A stretch of DNA of 64,000 nt, from the NCBI GenBank assembly GCA_036785375.1, contig JAWMAR010000026.1, forward strand, positions 8,432,001-8,496,000, in the 5' to 3' direction. This stretch comes from Leucoraja ocellata (lineage: Eukaryota). Position numbers and translations under genes: made by a program. Below the pieces are notes generated by a model that did not search any database, was not told the DNA's origin, and was given only the letters and a program-made list of their open reading frames with translations. Of the stretch, positions 27,760 through 40,885 are shown piece after piece (within the stretch, counting starts at the first letter, position 1; each line of letters opens with the position of its first letter).

Positions 27760-30285
27760 TGTAAAGACTTCCAAACACGTGATGTCTTCACTACATGTTT
27801 TATTATAGATACTGGTATAAAACACACACAGTGCCCTAGCTGCCCGTGGTCTGTCACTGGAGCTAGAGAGGGAGAGAGACGTGAGGAGGCTACAGTTATA
27901 CTGAAGATAATGGGGCATGGTTAGTAGTGGTGAGGTCACTATGTTAAAGGAGCATGCACTGATCTATATCCTTCCCCTCGGAAAACAAAGTATTATAGCA
28001 GTGACAGTGCGAACACGACTCATACGCTAGAAACACCCTCCGCGCGTACACCGGCAAGAAACAGTTAACACATTCAAGCAAACTCCCCGTAACGTACAGG
28101 CGGCTTGACCAACTGCCCGGAGCGGGTGCGCAGCCCACCCTCCACCCCCCTTCCCCCCTTCCGCAGGAAGAGCAGGGACGAGAGCCGGGCCGGCGATAGG
28201 GGAACGGGCAGGAGAACTTGCCGGAGAGGGAGGACGAGGAGAGCGGGGAGGAGAAGCGGGAGAAGTGGGCACGGGAGCGGGCGAGGAAGGAGAAGGTGGA
28301 CTGGGAGGAGCCGGGGGAGAACGGGGCACACAGAGCTGAGACGGCAGAGCCCTGGGCATGCGAGGAGCGGAGGGCAGAGAGGAAGGAACCGGAGGGCCAA
28401 AGGGGGCTGCAGGGGGTGGAGCGGGCTCGTTGACCAGGAGCAGATGCTGGCGGGACCGGCGGTAGATGGTACCCTCGTACTCAACGAGGTAAGACCGAGG
28501 AGAACCTGCAGAGCCGACGACCACGGCTAGCCGGTAGTGGCCGGAGGGGGACCGCATCCGGACCACCTGATTTGGGAAGAGACGCGGAAGGGGACGACAG
28601 GTCCTGGCGTGAGAGCGCTTCTGGATGGCCTGTTTCTGGGCAAATCGCTCCTGGACAGTGGCAGGGCTGAGGACCGAGGGCTGCAGAGATCGATGTGAGA
28701 CAGGGATCGGAGGGCGTGTGGTGCGGGACATGAGCCGCTGAGCAGGCGAGCCCAGGGCAGGGTCACGGGAAATATTGCGGAGGTTGAGGATGGCCAGGTA
28801 AAAGTCCGACAGTGAAAGTCTGCAATGCTCCAGCAACTCCTTTGCACTGCGGACGGCGCGCTCAGCAAGGCCATTGCTCTGCGGGTACTCCGGGCTGTTG
28901 GTGATGTGGCGAAAGTTCCAGGATGCAGCGGAGGCGTGGAACTCCGCACTGGACAACTGGCCGCTGGTGTCAGACTGCAAAGTAACTGGAGAGCCAAAGG
29001 TCGCAAAGTGGCGGCGCAGCTTCCCGATGACAGCAGCAGATGTGAGGGTGGGTAGTAGTACGGGCTGAGCTCTTAAGGAAGCCTGATCTGACTTTAAACG
29101 AGGCTTTGCATTCCTCTCGTATGGCTGCTGCTGTTGCCTCTGTATCTACACCTGCTGCTCAGGATGTTCACTATGCCAGTGCTGCTGGGCGCAGGCGGAA
29201 CGATGGCCCGCTACGCCAGCGTAGTGCTCCCGCACCCGCGAGGGATGGCCCACGTCGTTGCCCCAACTGCAACTTCGCTAGTCATCAGTTTAATGTTTGC
29301 CCCACGCTGGGGAAAACTTGCAATTTCTGCCGAAAGCTAAATCACTTTTCTGCAGCTTGTCGTTCCACTGGCAGGCCGGTCCCTGCTCCACGGAGGAGCC
29401 TAAACAACCTTGCTGAGACTGATAGCACTCTTGGTTCCCAGCACCATTCAGACGAACTCCTTGATTCAGATCAGGCTCCTCCCATGATGAATCGTCTATT
29501 TTTTCGCTCTTGGGTGCACCTGCTTTGATAAAGGATCACTCTGTACGTGTTACCGTGAATGGGTCGACCTTTACCGCGAAGGTCGACATGGAGCTTTCGC
29601 CAATGTTATGTCAAGGAGCCTCTTCGAGCAGATAAGATCTGGTGAGAAGGTTACTCCCGACGACTCCCGTCTTCATGCCTATGGGAGAGGAGTGCTCACA
29701 CCAGTCGGAAAAACAACCCTTATCTGCACAGTTCTGCAGACCTCTCGGCCCCTCACTTTCCTCCTGCTAGACTCTGAGAATGTAACTCTGTTGGGCGCTC
29801 GTGCATGCCAGGACCTCGGTTTGGTTTCCTTCCACCGCGGTATCTACCTGGTGCAGGCCCCCATGGATCCCATGATCGAGTACCCCGATCGTTTTGGTGA
29901 TGTGTTGGGGAAGTTACCCTGCAACTACAAGATCGCTGTGGACCCGCAGGTCGATCCGGTAATCCTCCCGGCTCACCACGTCTCCTTTGCCATGAAGGAC
30001 AGGGTGGAGTCAACTCTGCGCCACATGGTGGCCACGGACATACTCAAGGAAGTGAGTGATCCCACTTCTGACACCATGTAAAGACTTCCAAACACGTGAT
30101 GTCTTCACTACATGTTTTACTATAGATACTGGTATAAAACACATACAGTGCCCTAGCTGTCCGTGGTCTGTCACTGGAGCTAGAGAGGGAGAGAGACGTG
30201 GGGAGGCTACAGTTATACTGAAGATAATGGGGAGTGGTTAGTAGTGGTGAGGTCACTATGTTAAAGGAGCATGCACTGATCTACA
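27760..30285 (-). mobile_element. Gypsy/Ty3 LTR retrotransposon, internally deleted and inverted
   Basis: 209-bp LTRs at 27760-27968 and 30077-30285 (minus strand TGTAGATC...TTTACA; the 3' LTR starts TATAGATC). 5-bp TSD ATTTC, PBS TGGTGTCAGAAGTGGGAT, purine tract. Integrase SPEYPQSNGLAERAVR on minus; gag CCHC knuckle and protease/RT start on plus. Confidence 0.9.
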
Positions 30286-30734
30286 ATTTCTACATAAACA
30301 TCAGCCATTTCTGGCCATTTCTCACTGCAATGGTAGCCTATAAAGTGCAATAAATATTCTTCCGTTTTTCTCCCGTGGTCGGGGCCTTGAAACAGCCGCT
30401 ACGGCCGGCACTGTGTACAGCCACTATGTACAGCCTTCCACCCCCCCCCCCCCCCCCCCCCCGCCCGCCCGCCCGCGGAGATGATCGCGAATCGGCCGCT
30501 TCTTAATTGAGACCGCGGCTTCATCATTTTAATACATAGGCCCCGCGATCGGAGCACTTTTTCCCGGTAATTTATCGCAGGCAGCTCCGAGATTAGATGT
30601 TAAAGATTTATTATCTATAACAAGCTGGCATTACTGAAAATGTTTAATTTACCTTGTGTTATGGATACACATAGTTTAGGCCCTCAACTTCATGATTGAG
30701 TGAATGAGTGAGTGAATGAGTGAATGGGTGAGTG

Positions 30735-31038
30735 NNNNNNNNNNNNNNNNNNNNNNNNNNNNNNNNNNNNNNNNNNNNNNNNNNNNNNNNNNNNNNNNNN
30801 NNNNNNNNNNNNNNNNNNNNNNNNNNNNNNNNNNNNNNNNNNNNNNNNNNNNNNNNNNNNNNNNNNNNNNNNNNNNNNNNNNNNNNNNNNNNNNNNNNNN
30901 NNNNNNNNNNNNNNNNNNNNNNNNNNNNNNNNNNNNNNNNNNNNNNNNNNNNNNNNNNNNNNNNNNNNNNNNNNNNNNNNNNNNNNNNNNNNNNNNNNNN
31001 NNNNNNNNNNNNNNNNNNNNNNNNNNNNNNNNNNNNNN
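30735..31038. other. Assembly gap inside a (TGAG/TGAA)n microsatellite (about 30695-31095)
   Basis: N run flanked by tetranucleotide repeats. Confidence 0.99.
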
Positions 31039-32608
31039 ATGATTGAGTGAGTGAGTGAGTGAATGAATGAATGCATGAATGAATGAGTGAATGTACATAA
31101 GGACAGCTATTTAAAATCGAGTCGCATCGGAATTGCTTTTCACGGAACTCCCTATGGAGTTATGAGGGGAGATTATTGAAAGCATTTAATTGAATTACCG
31201 ATATTTGATGTGAAAGACCAGGGGATGGAAGGCTATGGGGAAATGGCATAGAAGGAGAATTGGGGGCAAGGGTGGATTAAGGACTTGCTGAATGACGGGC
31301 GGCCTTCAGTGTTCAGATAGCATATTCCCTGTTCCTAGCGCTTAAATGTTGCGGAAGATAGATGCAATTAACTGGCGTAACTCACCGGGACAAGCAGCAT
31401 CTCTGGAGAGAAGGGAAGGGTGACACCTCAGGTCGAGACCTTTCTTCAGACAGTTTTACTTCTTCAAAGTAGACATACCTTGAGGAGATTTCGCAGTGGA
31501 GCGCGCAAAATGTGTCAAAAAAGTACTGCAGATAATGGTTTACATCGAAGGTAGACACAACATGCTGGAGTAACTCAGTGGGCTAGGAAGCATCTCTGGG
31601 GAGAAGTAAAGGTGACGTTTCAGGTCGAGACCCTTCTTCAGTCTCGACCCGAAACGTCACCCATTCCTTCTCTCAAGATGCTGCCTGTCCCGCTGAGTTA
31701 TTCCAGCATTTTGGGTGTATCTACAGTTTTATTTCTTGGTCTTTTGACTCCTACCGTTTTTCCCGAATCGAAAGCGATCTTTTTTTTTTAATCCTGTTAC
31801 ACGGAGAAATGGGAATTGCGTTAAATTGGTCCCATCATCCAGGCGGAATTATGCTCGACATCCCACTCCTGCCTCAGCTCGAATGTACGCGGACCATCGT
31901 AGAACTGCAAAATATTGCCGATCTGAAGCCTGTTTCGATGACAGAGAAATACTCTCTTATGTACATCCTCGATTAATTGCCAGTTTTGACCATGATGTGA
32001 ACCGCTCGCCTTTCAATTTGCCAATTAACTCAACAATGTGAACCTCTGGCGCTTTGCATGTCATACGGCAGTTAAATGTAGCAAAGGCTGGGCAAAGGGT
32101 AAAAGGAGGAGGAGGTAGCTGAACTGTTTCGAGAAAGGCACCATGTACTTACTTGATACTCCATGATGACTTAGCTTTGCTAGCATCATGGCGTGTTGAA
32201 TGGAAAGTATTGGCGCAATCAAAGCAGGGCGCATCTGCGACACGTCACTGTATTTTCACAAAGGTCGACCGTGGACACCAAAGTGGACACCACATTCGTG
32301 ACGATCAGTACGAGGACATTGCTTAATAGATCGCATGGGCAAAAGCGCAATGGCAGCCATTTCTAGCTGCATTGAATGTCTGTAGTTGTTCAGCAAATGC
32401 TTTGTGAAGTTTTCGGAAACGTGTGAGCAGCCACTAACTTCACCTTTGCTCCGCGTCAATGCGCAGAGAGGCAGCTCATGCATGAGATGAGCATGAGCAG
32501 ACTCACTTTCCGGCACACCCACTGAACCCAAGCATACTCGCGGTATTCCTCGCTCACTATTTATTCGACACTTGTTTCAGTCGACTGTTCTCTGCAGTTT
32601 TGCCGTGA

Positions 32609-35600
32609 ATGATGACACGTGTCTTACTGCAATTGATTGTTCTTCACATCAGCTGCGCCGGTATATTTTACTCTTGCTATAGACAGTCCGACCGAAAGTT
32701 AATTATCAATTTATATGTTTGCTGATCCTTTATCTTTATTTATTTTCTCATTTCGTGCAATTTTCAATTAATTTGGTCAATACCTCGCTTTAATCCTAAA
32801 CCTTATAGTTTGATTTTTCGTTTCCCGACAGCTGGTGGCGATGGTCCGTTGACCGTAACACAAGTTCCAGAAGCAGTTTTGATGCGGGGTGACTCGGCAG
32901 TGCTTTACTGCATTTATCCAATCTTCTCAGACAACAAGCTGTACACAGTGCATTGGTGGAGAGATGGGGATAATAGATTCCTGGATGAAAGTGCAGATAG
33001 ACGAATCCAGTTTTATTTCCTGAGAGGGGGAAGCGCTGTCTTACGGGTGGAGGACGTGACAGTGAAGGACGCCGGGCTCTATTTCTGCAGCTTGACACGT
33101 TCCAAAGTTTTAAATGGGACTGGTACAAAGCTGGTAGTTTACGGTGAGTTTCGGGGAGAGGAGTGAGCCAGATCGGTTAACTTCACCACCTCAAAGCGAT
33201 TAGCTGAATCACGTTGAAGAAATTCCGCGTTATTCATCACCTGTGTCCTTTGAAATAACATGATTTGGGTGATTGGTTAGAGAGTATTTTTGACGCAATT
33301 ACCAAAGAATCCGAATAGACTGATTGAGAGAGTAAATGACGCCTTCCACATCTCCTGCTTGACAGAATTATAAAACCTTTCGCGTATATTTTAGAATTGC
33401 TTTAACACGGCTGGAATGGAAACCAACGACACAGGTAGTTGTGATTGAAAATATGTAGAGTTCCGAATGTGGTACTGATCAAGGAGATTATTATTTTTAA
33501 TTGATTTATTTGCATCTGCCATCTGTTTTATCTGGTGTAAGGAATTACAAGTGTATTGCCCCTGTCCCACTTAAGAAACCTGAACGGAAACCTCTGGAGA
33601 CTTTGCGCCCCACCCAAGGTTTTCGTGCGGTTCCCGGAGGTTGCAGGTGCTTGCCGGAGGTTGCAGGTAGTGGAAGCAGGTAGGGAGACTGACAAAAACC
33701 TCCGCACGGAAACCTTGGCGCAATTACCGGTCTAACGCAATATCAATGTTATTATTGTACTGCACCCTCTCCGGTGGTAGATGTTCCAGGTATGCAAAAC
33801 GTCTTCTTCTCCTTTACATTTTTTCTCGTTTGACCTAAAAACCCTGCCACATAGTTCTTAATTCCACTATTCTGGGGAAAAGACTTATATGCTATGAGTG
33901 GCCCCGATATTAAAAACAAAAACGTCTATTAAGTTACTCCTCTGCTTCCTTCCTTCCATTGAGAATAAACGCAGTTCACCAAATGTCTCGTTATAAAAAA
34001 GGTCCTCTATTTCAGTCAACATTGTGGTGAACCTCTTTTGCACTTGCTCAATTGGTACCATGTTTAACCGTGGTATAAGTTTGGTCACACTTCTGATTGC
34101 CCCGGATTACTTGAAATGATATAGGAGCCGTGAAGCGAGTCAATCATTGAGGAACGCAACATTCAAGATCTATATTGTTACATTTAGTCTGCAGAAGGGT
34201 CACCACCCGAAACGTCACCTATTCCTTTTATCCAGAGATGCTTCAGCGCGCTGAGTTACTCCAGCTTTTTGCCAGGTTTAACCCAGAATCTACAGTTCCT
34301 TCCTACACATTGTTGCATTTACGTGTATTCTCCGCTCACCTTCCAAGCGATAGAAAACTTCCCCCTGGTCCAAGTTTACAATATTTTTTCACACAAGGAC
34401 ACATTTTTCTGACCTTCTAGCTCAAACATATTTTGACCTCAAGTTACTGCTGAATAAATTTTCTGCTCGATTTATTTATTCCATATAACCATATAACCAT
34501 ATAACAATTACAGCACGGAAACAGGCCATCTCGGCCCTACAAGTCCGTGCCGAACAACTTTTTTTCCCCTTAGTCCCACCTGCCTGCACTCATACCATAA
34601 CCCTCCATTCCATTCTCATCCATATGCCTGTCCAATTGATTTTTAAATGATACCAATGAACCTGCCTCCACCACTTCCACTGGAAGCTCATTCCACACCG
34701 CTACCACTCTCTGAGTAAAGAAGTTCCCCCTCATATTACCCCTAAACTTTTGTCCCGTAATTCTGAAGTCATGTCCTCTTGTTTGAATCTTCCCTATTCT
34801 CAAAGGGAAAAGCTGGTCCACGTCAACTCTGTCTATCCCTCTCATTATTTTAAAGACCTCTATCAAGTCCCCCCTTAACCTTCTGCGCTCCAGAGAATTA
34901 AGACCTAACTTATTCAACCTATCTCTGTAACTTAGTTGTTGAAACCCAGGCAACATTCTAGTAAATCTCCTATGTACTCTCTCTATTTTGTTGACATCCT
35001 TCCTATAATTGGGCGACCAAAATTGTACACCATAATCCAGATTTGGTCTCACCAATGCCTTGTACAATTTTAACATTACATCCCAGCTTCTATACTCAAT
35101 GCTCTGATTTATAAAGGCTAGCATACCAAAAGCTTTCTTTACCACCCTATCTATATGAGATTCCACCTTCAAGGAACTATGCACGGTTATACCCAGATCC
35201 CTCTGTTCAATTGTATTCTTCAATTCCCTACCATTTACCATGTACGTCCTATTTTGATTTGTCCTGCCAAGGTGTAGCACCTCACATTTATCAGCATTAA
35301 ACTCCATCTGCCATCTTTCAGCCCATTTTTCCAAATGGCCTAAATCACTCTGTAGACTTTGGAAATCCTCTTCATTATCCACAACACCCCCTATCTTGGT
35401 ATCACCTGCATACTTACTAATCCAACTATTTCAACAACGACAAAGAATATATTTGTAAAATTTAGATTGTCGAGCTATTATTATGGGTTACATTTTGTAC
35501 AATTATATCACCAAATTATAATATAAATCGTGAAGACGTTTTGAAAATTCAAGTTGCTTAAGAAGGAACTGCAGATGCCGGAAATCGAAGGTAGATAAAA

Positions 35601-38600
35601 ATGCTGGAGAAACTCAGCGGGTGCAGCAGCATCTATGGAGCGAAGGAAATAGGCAACGTTTCGGGCCGAAACCCTTCAGTCTGAAGAAGGATTTCGGCCT
35701 GAAACGTTGCTTATTTCCTTCGCTCCATAGATGCTGCTGCACCCGCTGAGTTTCTCCAGCATTTTTGTGTACCTTAGAAAATTCAAGTTAATGCTTTGGC
35801 TCTTGATGTCAGAACGCATCATTTACTTGCGCTGCGAGTAGAAACAGAAACGATATGATATTTATGAAGTAAGGTAACTGTTGTATAATAGACCCAAACT
35901 GTAAAATCAGGGCATACAATAAAAAGGTTTAAAAGGAATGAAATTAGACGTTAGTTTATACCACAAGGAACAAACTTAACAGTTTTAAATCGCTTTAAGT
36001 GCATTCGTTATACAACTAGGCTGCAAAAAATATGGTTCAATTAAGATTATTTTCGAGGCTACAATGAAATTTGATTCGTCACGAAAATCACCGGAACTGG
36101 TGAAATTTAAAAATCGTTTTATTTTCCAGACCCTCCAACTCCTCTGAGCTTGACCACCATGCTGCCGGAGAACACATCGGTTACTCTGATTCTCGTTTGT
36201 AAAACAGCAACGTTCTTTCCTCTTGATCTGAATATTACTTGGTACAAAAATGGGTCAGATATTATACAGAAGATTGAGCCAAACAAAACGCAGACATCAG
36301 CAGGACTGTACGAAGCTTGGAGCTGCCTGACCGAGACAGACGATGTGGAGAGCGGGACAGTTTATACCTGCCAGGTGTCTCATATTTCTCTTCCAAATCC
36401 AACCAATATCAGCTACACTTTCTACAGCCGAGGTAAGAATAACGATACGTTTACGGTATAATTTGGCCACTTAGAACCCTGATTACCCCATGAACAGGCG
36501 CAGATAATAAAGAATAATATTGTTCGTTTAGCATATATAGGACCGTTGATATATTGTGTACTTCCCTTTCACTGATGTGAGCTCATCAACTGTAATTCCT
36601 TTGCCTAATTGAAGCAAAACACGGGCATTTAGCAGATAACAGCCAGCCTGTTTCAGTGACAGCGCTCCTTTCAGCACATCTTCAGCAGGCGCACCAAAAT
36701 ACTATTATTCCCAACCAGCCTTGTCGATTTCGCAAAGTCGTCTGCTGTGGATTTACTAGTTCACCACTCAACGTCTTTCGAACATAGCTTAGTGCACGGA
36801 CAATAATTATTGATTAGCTAAGGCAATTATTACAACGAAATTGATCGTATAATAATTTGAAGAGCTGGCTTTGTCTAGCAGATTCTGCACCTGGGGAGTT
36901 ATGAATACCGTTAAATGAATTAAGGTTGTATTTTAGAATTCTCAGTTTTAACGCGGACAGTCATGGCTCAGGAACACACATTTGCTAAAGTTATTGTCAC
37001 CCGTCCGCCTGTGAACGAATGTAGAAGCAAGACATAAATGCTAGCAATGAGAGGAACACATTGACATAGAAGTCGTACGAGCAATAAACCGATGTAAAAT
37101 GCGTCTTCCATCATGAATGATTGATTTACAATCTTCTTCTGCTAGAAATGTCAAACAGGGCGATTCACCTCGGCATACGAACGAATGTTCGCTTGTGCAA
37201 AAGTCACACTTTCTGCATATGGCCTCACCTATCATGCAAATATACTCCTGCCATATTACGTTAGCTTCGCCCGGCATGTGATTTACTCTTCCCTCAATAT
37301 GTTTCTCCAGATTTGGACTGGACTTATTCTCCTTTGCACCAATCCACTCAGCACCCAGTGAGGTTCTTTAAACTTTACAAGGGATTTACTCATTCCTGTT
37401 TCACGATTTCTAAACATGTCGAGGCAGGGGAAGACAACATTCCACAAAGTACTTCTGCGTGTTTTTCATTTATGTACCATTATTCTTGAACTTTATGCTC
37501 CCCATAAATTACTTTTTGCACCGGGGCATTATCATTCGCTTGCAGATTTTACACGATCAGTGATAATTGACATTTTTCAACTGAATTGCGTTCCATAATT
37601 CCAGGTTCACTTACTTTAGTTGTTAGAATTCAATTTCCAATAAATTCCAATGTACTCTTTGCTAAACGTAGGCAGCGTCCGCCCATGCTTAAACAAATCC
37701 ACCAGATGGTTTCAATGTAATTAAATTAGAGACAGGCGAAAATTTAGTCATGATCTGCCTGCATCATCATTGAAGTAAAATAACCGAATTAGAAAACCTA
37801 CGCCAGAATTTCGGTAAATATATTGAGGGCATGCTGTTTCATGCCCGAATAAGGACCATTGCTTGTATAGAAAAGACATTTGTACAGAATGGAGAACGTC
37901 TAACGAGCAAATTTTACAATTAATTCCCGTGTGTCTATATTGGACAAATATTTTGTTGATGAAGTAACAAGCCAATTTGATGAATCATTGTTGTAGATGA
38001 CGTCAATAAGATGTTTTGAGAAAAGGATTCGACAAAGCTTCAAATAAAATGTTGGTTATTAAATTTGTCGCTCATAGACATAAAGCAAACAACTAATAAA
38101 TTTTAAACTAATAAACCGGTTGCAGCTCCTAGACTGTGGAACAGCATCCCCCTTCCCATCAGAACTGCCCCGTCCATTAAGTCAAGACCTTACCTATACT
38201 CCCAAGCCTTTCCTGACGTCCACTGAGCGCGGGCTATATGTTTATATGTATGTAGTTTGTTTGTTTATACTATTCTTATAACAAATGTAAAGCACTTTGG
38301 GCAACGAGAGTTGTTTTTTAAAATGTGCTATATAAATAAATGTGACTTGACTTGACTTGAATAAACAAATGAGTTTTCAGGAAGGCATACGAAGGAATGT
38401 GGTGGAGAGAGTAACCAAGAAAAAGCGGGGAATAGGACGTTGCTCTTCGATTATCCGGGTTCGAAATGATGGATGTAATAAGGTCTACTAAGTAATCAGT
38501 TCACGGTTCTTACAAAACTTGCAATCAAAGATAAAAGCTGACCGATGTCTGTTGTAATTTGATGCATTTGAAATAAGATCACGAGACAGGACGGAAATTG

Positions 38601-40885
38601 TTTTGTCCGCATCCTTTCAATAAAGATGCGCGGGTATGCCGATCCAAATCATTGCTTATTTAATGTAATTTAATAGTTCTGCTGATAGGTTGTTATTAAT
38701 TAATTACCTCAAATTAATAACAATATTCTGTGTTTGGAGGGGATAATGTGAAGCTGCCGCAACACCTAAGCCCAGGTAGTTCATTGAAATTCTGCAGGAA
38801 AGGCGCATTGTCGACTGTGTATTTTGACTGTATCCATTTTCAATAGACAATAGACAATAGACAATAGGTGCAGGAGTAGGCCATTCGGCCCTTCGAGCCA
38901 GCACCGCCATTCAATGTGATCATGGCTGATCATCCCCAATCAGTACCCCGTTCTTGTCTTCTCCCCACATCCCCTGACTCCGCTATCTTTTTTAAGAGCC
39001 CTATCTAGCTCTCTATTGAAAGCATCCAGAGAACCGGCCTCCACCGCCCTATGACGCTATGTGCCACCCTGAAGACATAGAACATCTATCCACCTTTGGA
39101 AAGGAAATACTAAGTCATGTACATCAATATAATTAAGGGCTCTAAAATACAGATTTTCCATCGGCACCCTGGATTAAAAAATAAACAAAATATAGGAATG
39201 TGTATTCAAAAATGCTGGAGAAACTCAGCGGGTGCAGCAGCATCTATGGAGCGAAGGAAATAGGCAACGTTTGCTCCATAGATGCTGCTGCACCCGCTGA
39301 GTTTCTCCAGCATTTTTGTGCACTTTCGATTTTCCAGCATCTGCAGTTCCTTCTTAAACACATAGGAATATGTATTTCTGTGTTGTACGATACTTCGTTT
39401 GTAACTGCTCAGTCACAGCGAGCAAAATCTACCTTGGATTATCTTCCCACTCTCTTGAATTTAATTTAAAAGATTCCTGTCGATTTGGGATCGCAATTCA
39501 CACCAAAATTCAATTTCCACAATTACATTCCCAATATTCCACGAATATTGCACCGTCTGGAACTCAGCGTTGGGCACATCAGGGCCGACATAAACGTAAT
39601 GATGGCGGGGGGATGTTTCTAGCCTCACTGTATAATCACATGATGAAGAGTAAATACGTGTTTTTATCATTTCCAATTTCTGGATATTCCACAGGATGGC
39701 CTGTTGTACCGACACAGCTATACATCACTACACGTTACGATCTGCAACATGGCTATATACGCACTTCGAAGTAATTAGTATTGGTTGTAGCCAAATAAAA
39801 AAAATTCTGCACCTCAATTATGCTTTCATTATATGAGTCATATGCACACAACTGGTATTGGACAGAAATGGAAGCCAGCAACTGCGCTCGTGGGCAATGT
39901 TCCCATCGGTTTATTTCGCGTCGGAAAGTCAAATCGATATATTTTTTTAAAAGACAGAATGACGCTGTTGAACTGATTGCCTGTCCTATTATATAATACT
40001 GTACATATGTTAAAATTAACCACTATTTTTTTTTTTATCGTTTACAGTTTTTATTAATCCACCTCATAACACGATTGTTGGTTGGATAAGAGCAGGATTG
40101 ATAGCTATCATAATCGTTATTTTCATTGTGATATATAAAGGTAAGACTCCGAAGCTACTTGATCTCTAGATTGTTGTAAAATTAACCAATCGGAATTCAG
40201 CAATACTTTAGTTTAGTTTAGAGATACAGCGCGGAAACAAGCCCCCCGGCTCACCGAGTCGGCGCCGAACAGCGATCCCCGCAACCTACACACACTAACG
40301 TCAATTTATAAATATATCAAGCCAATTAACCTACAAACCTGTAAATCTCTGGGGGAAAACCAGATGTACTGGAGAAAATAATGTTTGAGAGTGTTATTGG
40401 ATCGGACACAACGCGGTTAGCTAATCTATAAATACACCCGCCGCATCTCACTAGGTGCATGGTTTCCCGGAAGCTAACCTTTGAGCTAGTCACCGATTTG
40501 TACATGAAGGATTGATGCTTGGTGTTGTGGGCCAGGTTGTGGAATAAGGGGTGGAGTCTGAGAAAATGGGTCGGTGATGCAAAAACTCATTTTGCAATTG
40601 ATTCTGCTTCGATTCGACAACTTGAAGAGGACTCATATTCTGTAGATTTTTAACTATTGATATCGTGATATTAGTTTCACTGCATACATGTATACAAAAA
40701 CAAAAGTAATCAGAAAAATATAAAGTTTTATATGCTGCTAGATGTATTGGCTACCACTCTTTGTCTCGGCCAAGAGTGATTTTTTTTCTCTCAATCACCT
40801 CTCTATAGGGACGTGCAGAACATCGAAAGAAGGTGCCGATCAGAAACCGAAGGCAAGACGAATGAATGAATGTATGGATGAATAG
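32609..40885 (+). CDS. Gene A2: complete activating-type VJ-C1-TM IgSF receptor (TM arginine, short tail), 278 aa
   Basis: Leader 32609-32660 (MMTRVLLQLIVLHISCA), V 32832-33143 ending NGTGTKLVVY, C1 36130-36432, TM 40048-40140 (TIVGWIRAGLIAIIIVIFIVIYK). Last exon 40809-40885 reads through a GT>GC mutated donor to TAG. Phases are consistent. Confidence 0.85.
32832..33143 (+). CDS. A2 V-set exon (germline-joined VJ type, GxGTxLxV)
   Basis: VLYC...HWW...DAGLYFC...LNGTGTKLVVY; cgacag| ... G|gtgagt. Confidence 0.92.
34485..35425 (-). mobile_element. CR1-type LINE 3' portion, young, in the A2 V-C1 intron
   Basis: Uninterrupted 270-aa ORF2 C-terminus 34570-35382; (CCATATAA)n tail. Confidence 0.9.
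35555..35780. mobile_element. Penelope-like palindromic repeat; related copies near 16415-16510, 31350-31725, 34185-34300, 39200-39360, 44625-44815, 55110-55230, 56835-57100, 59030-59145, 59580-59680
   Basis: Long inverted repeat aaaatgctggagaaactcagcggg...gtttcgggccgaaacc / tctgaagaagg...gaaacgtt...ctgagtttctccagcatttt. Confidence 0.6.
36130..36432 (+). CDS. A2 C1-set exon
   Basis: LVCKTATFFPLDLNITWYK...LYEAWSCL...YTCQVSHISL; ttccag| ... G|gtaag. Confidence 0.9.
40048..40140 (+). CDS. A2 transmembrane exon with Arg (codon 40089-40091)
   Basis: tttacag|TT...AAA G|gtaaga; paralog of 1114-1212 with GGA>AGA. Confidence 0.85.

Noticed and set aside
32943-32950. CACAGTG heptamers (inside the A2 V exon, and near 21065, 27828, 55864, 62174) as RSS
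   Set aside because: No properly spaced nonamer and none borders a V 3' end; they fall within coding sequence or TEs.
22564-33143. Calling the locus a bona fide Ig/TCR locus, or assigning NCR3/SIRPA symbols
   Set aside because: No RSS or separate D/J segments, and ITIM tails are not found in Ig/TCR; orthology cannot be established without phylogeny.
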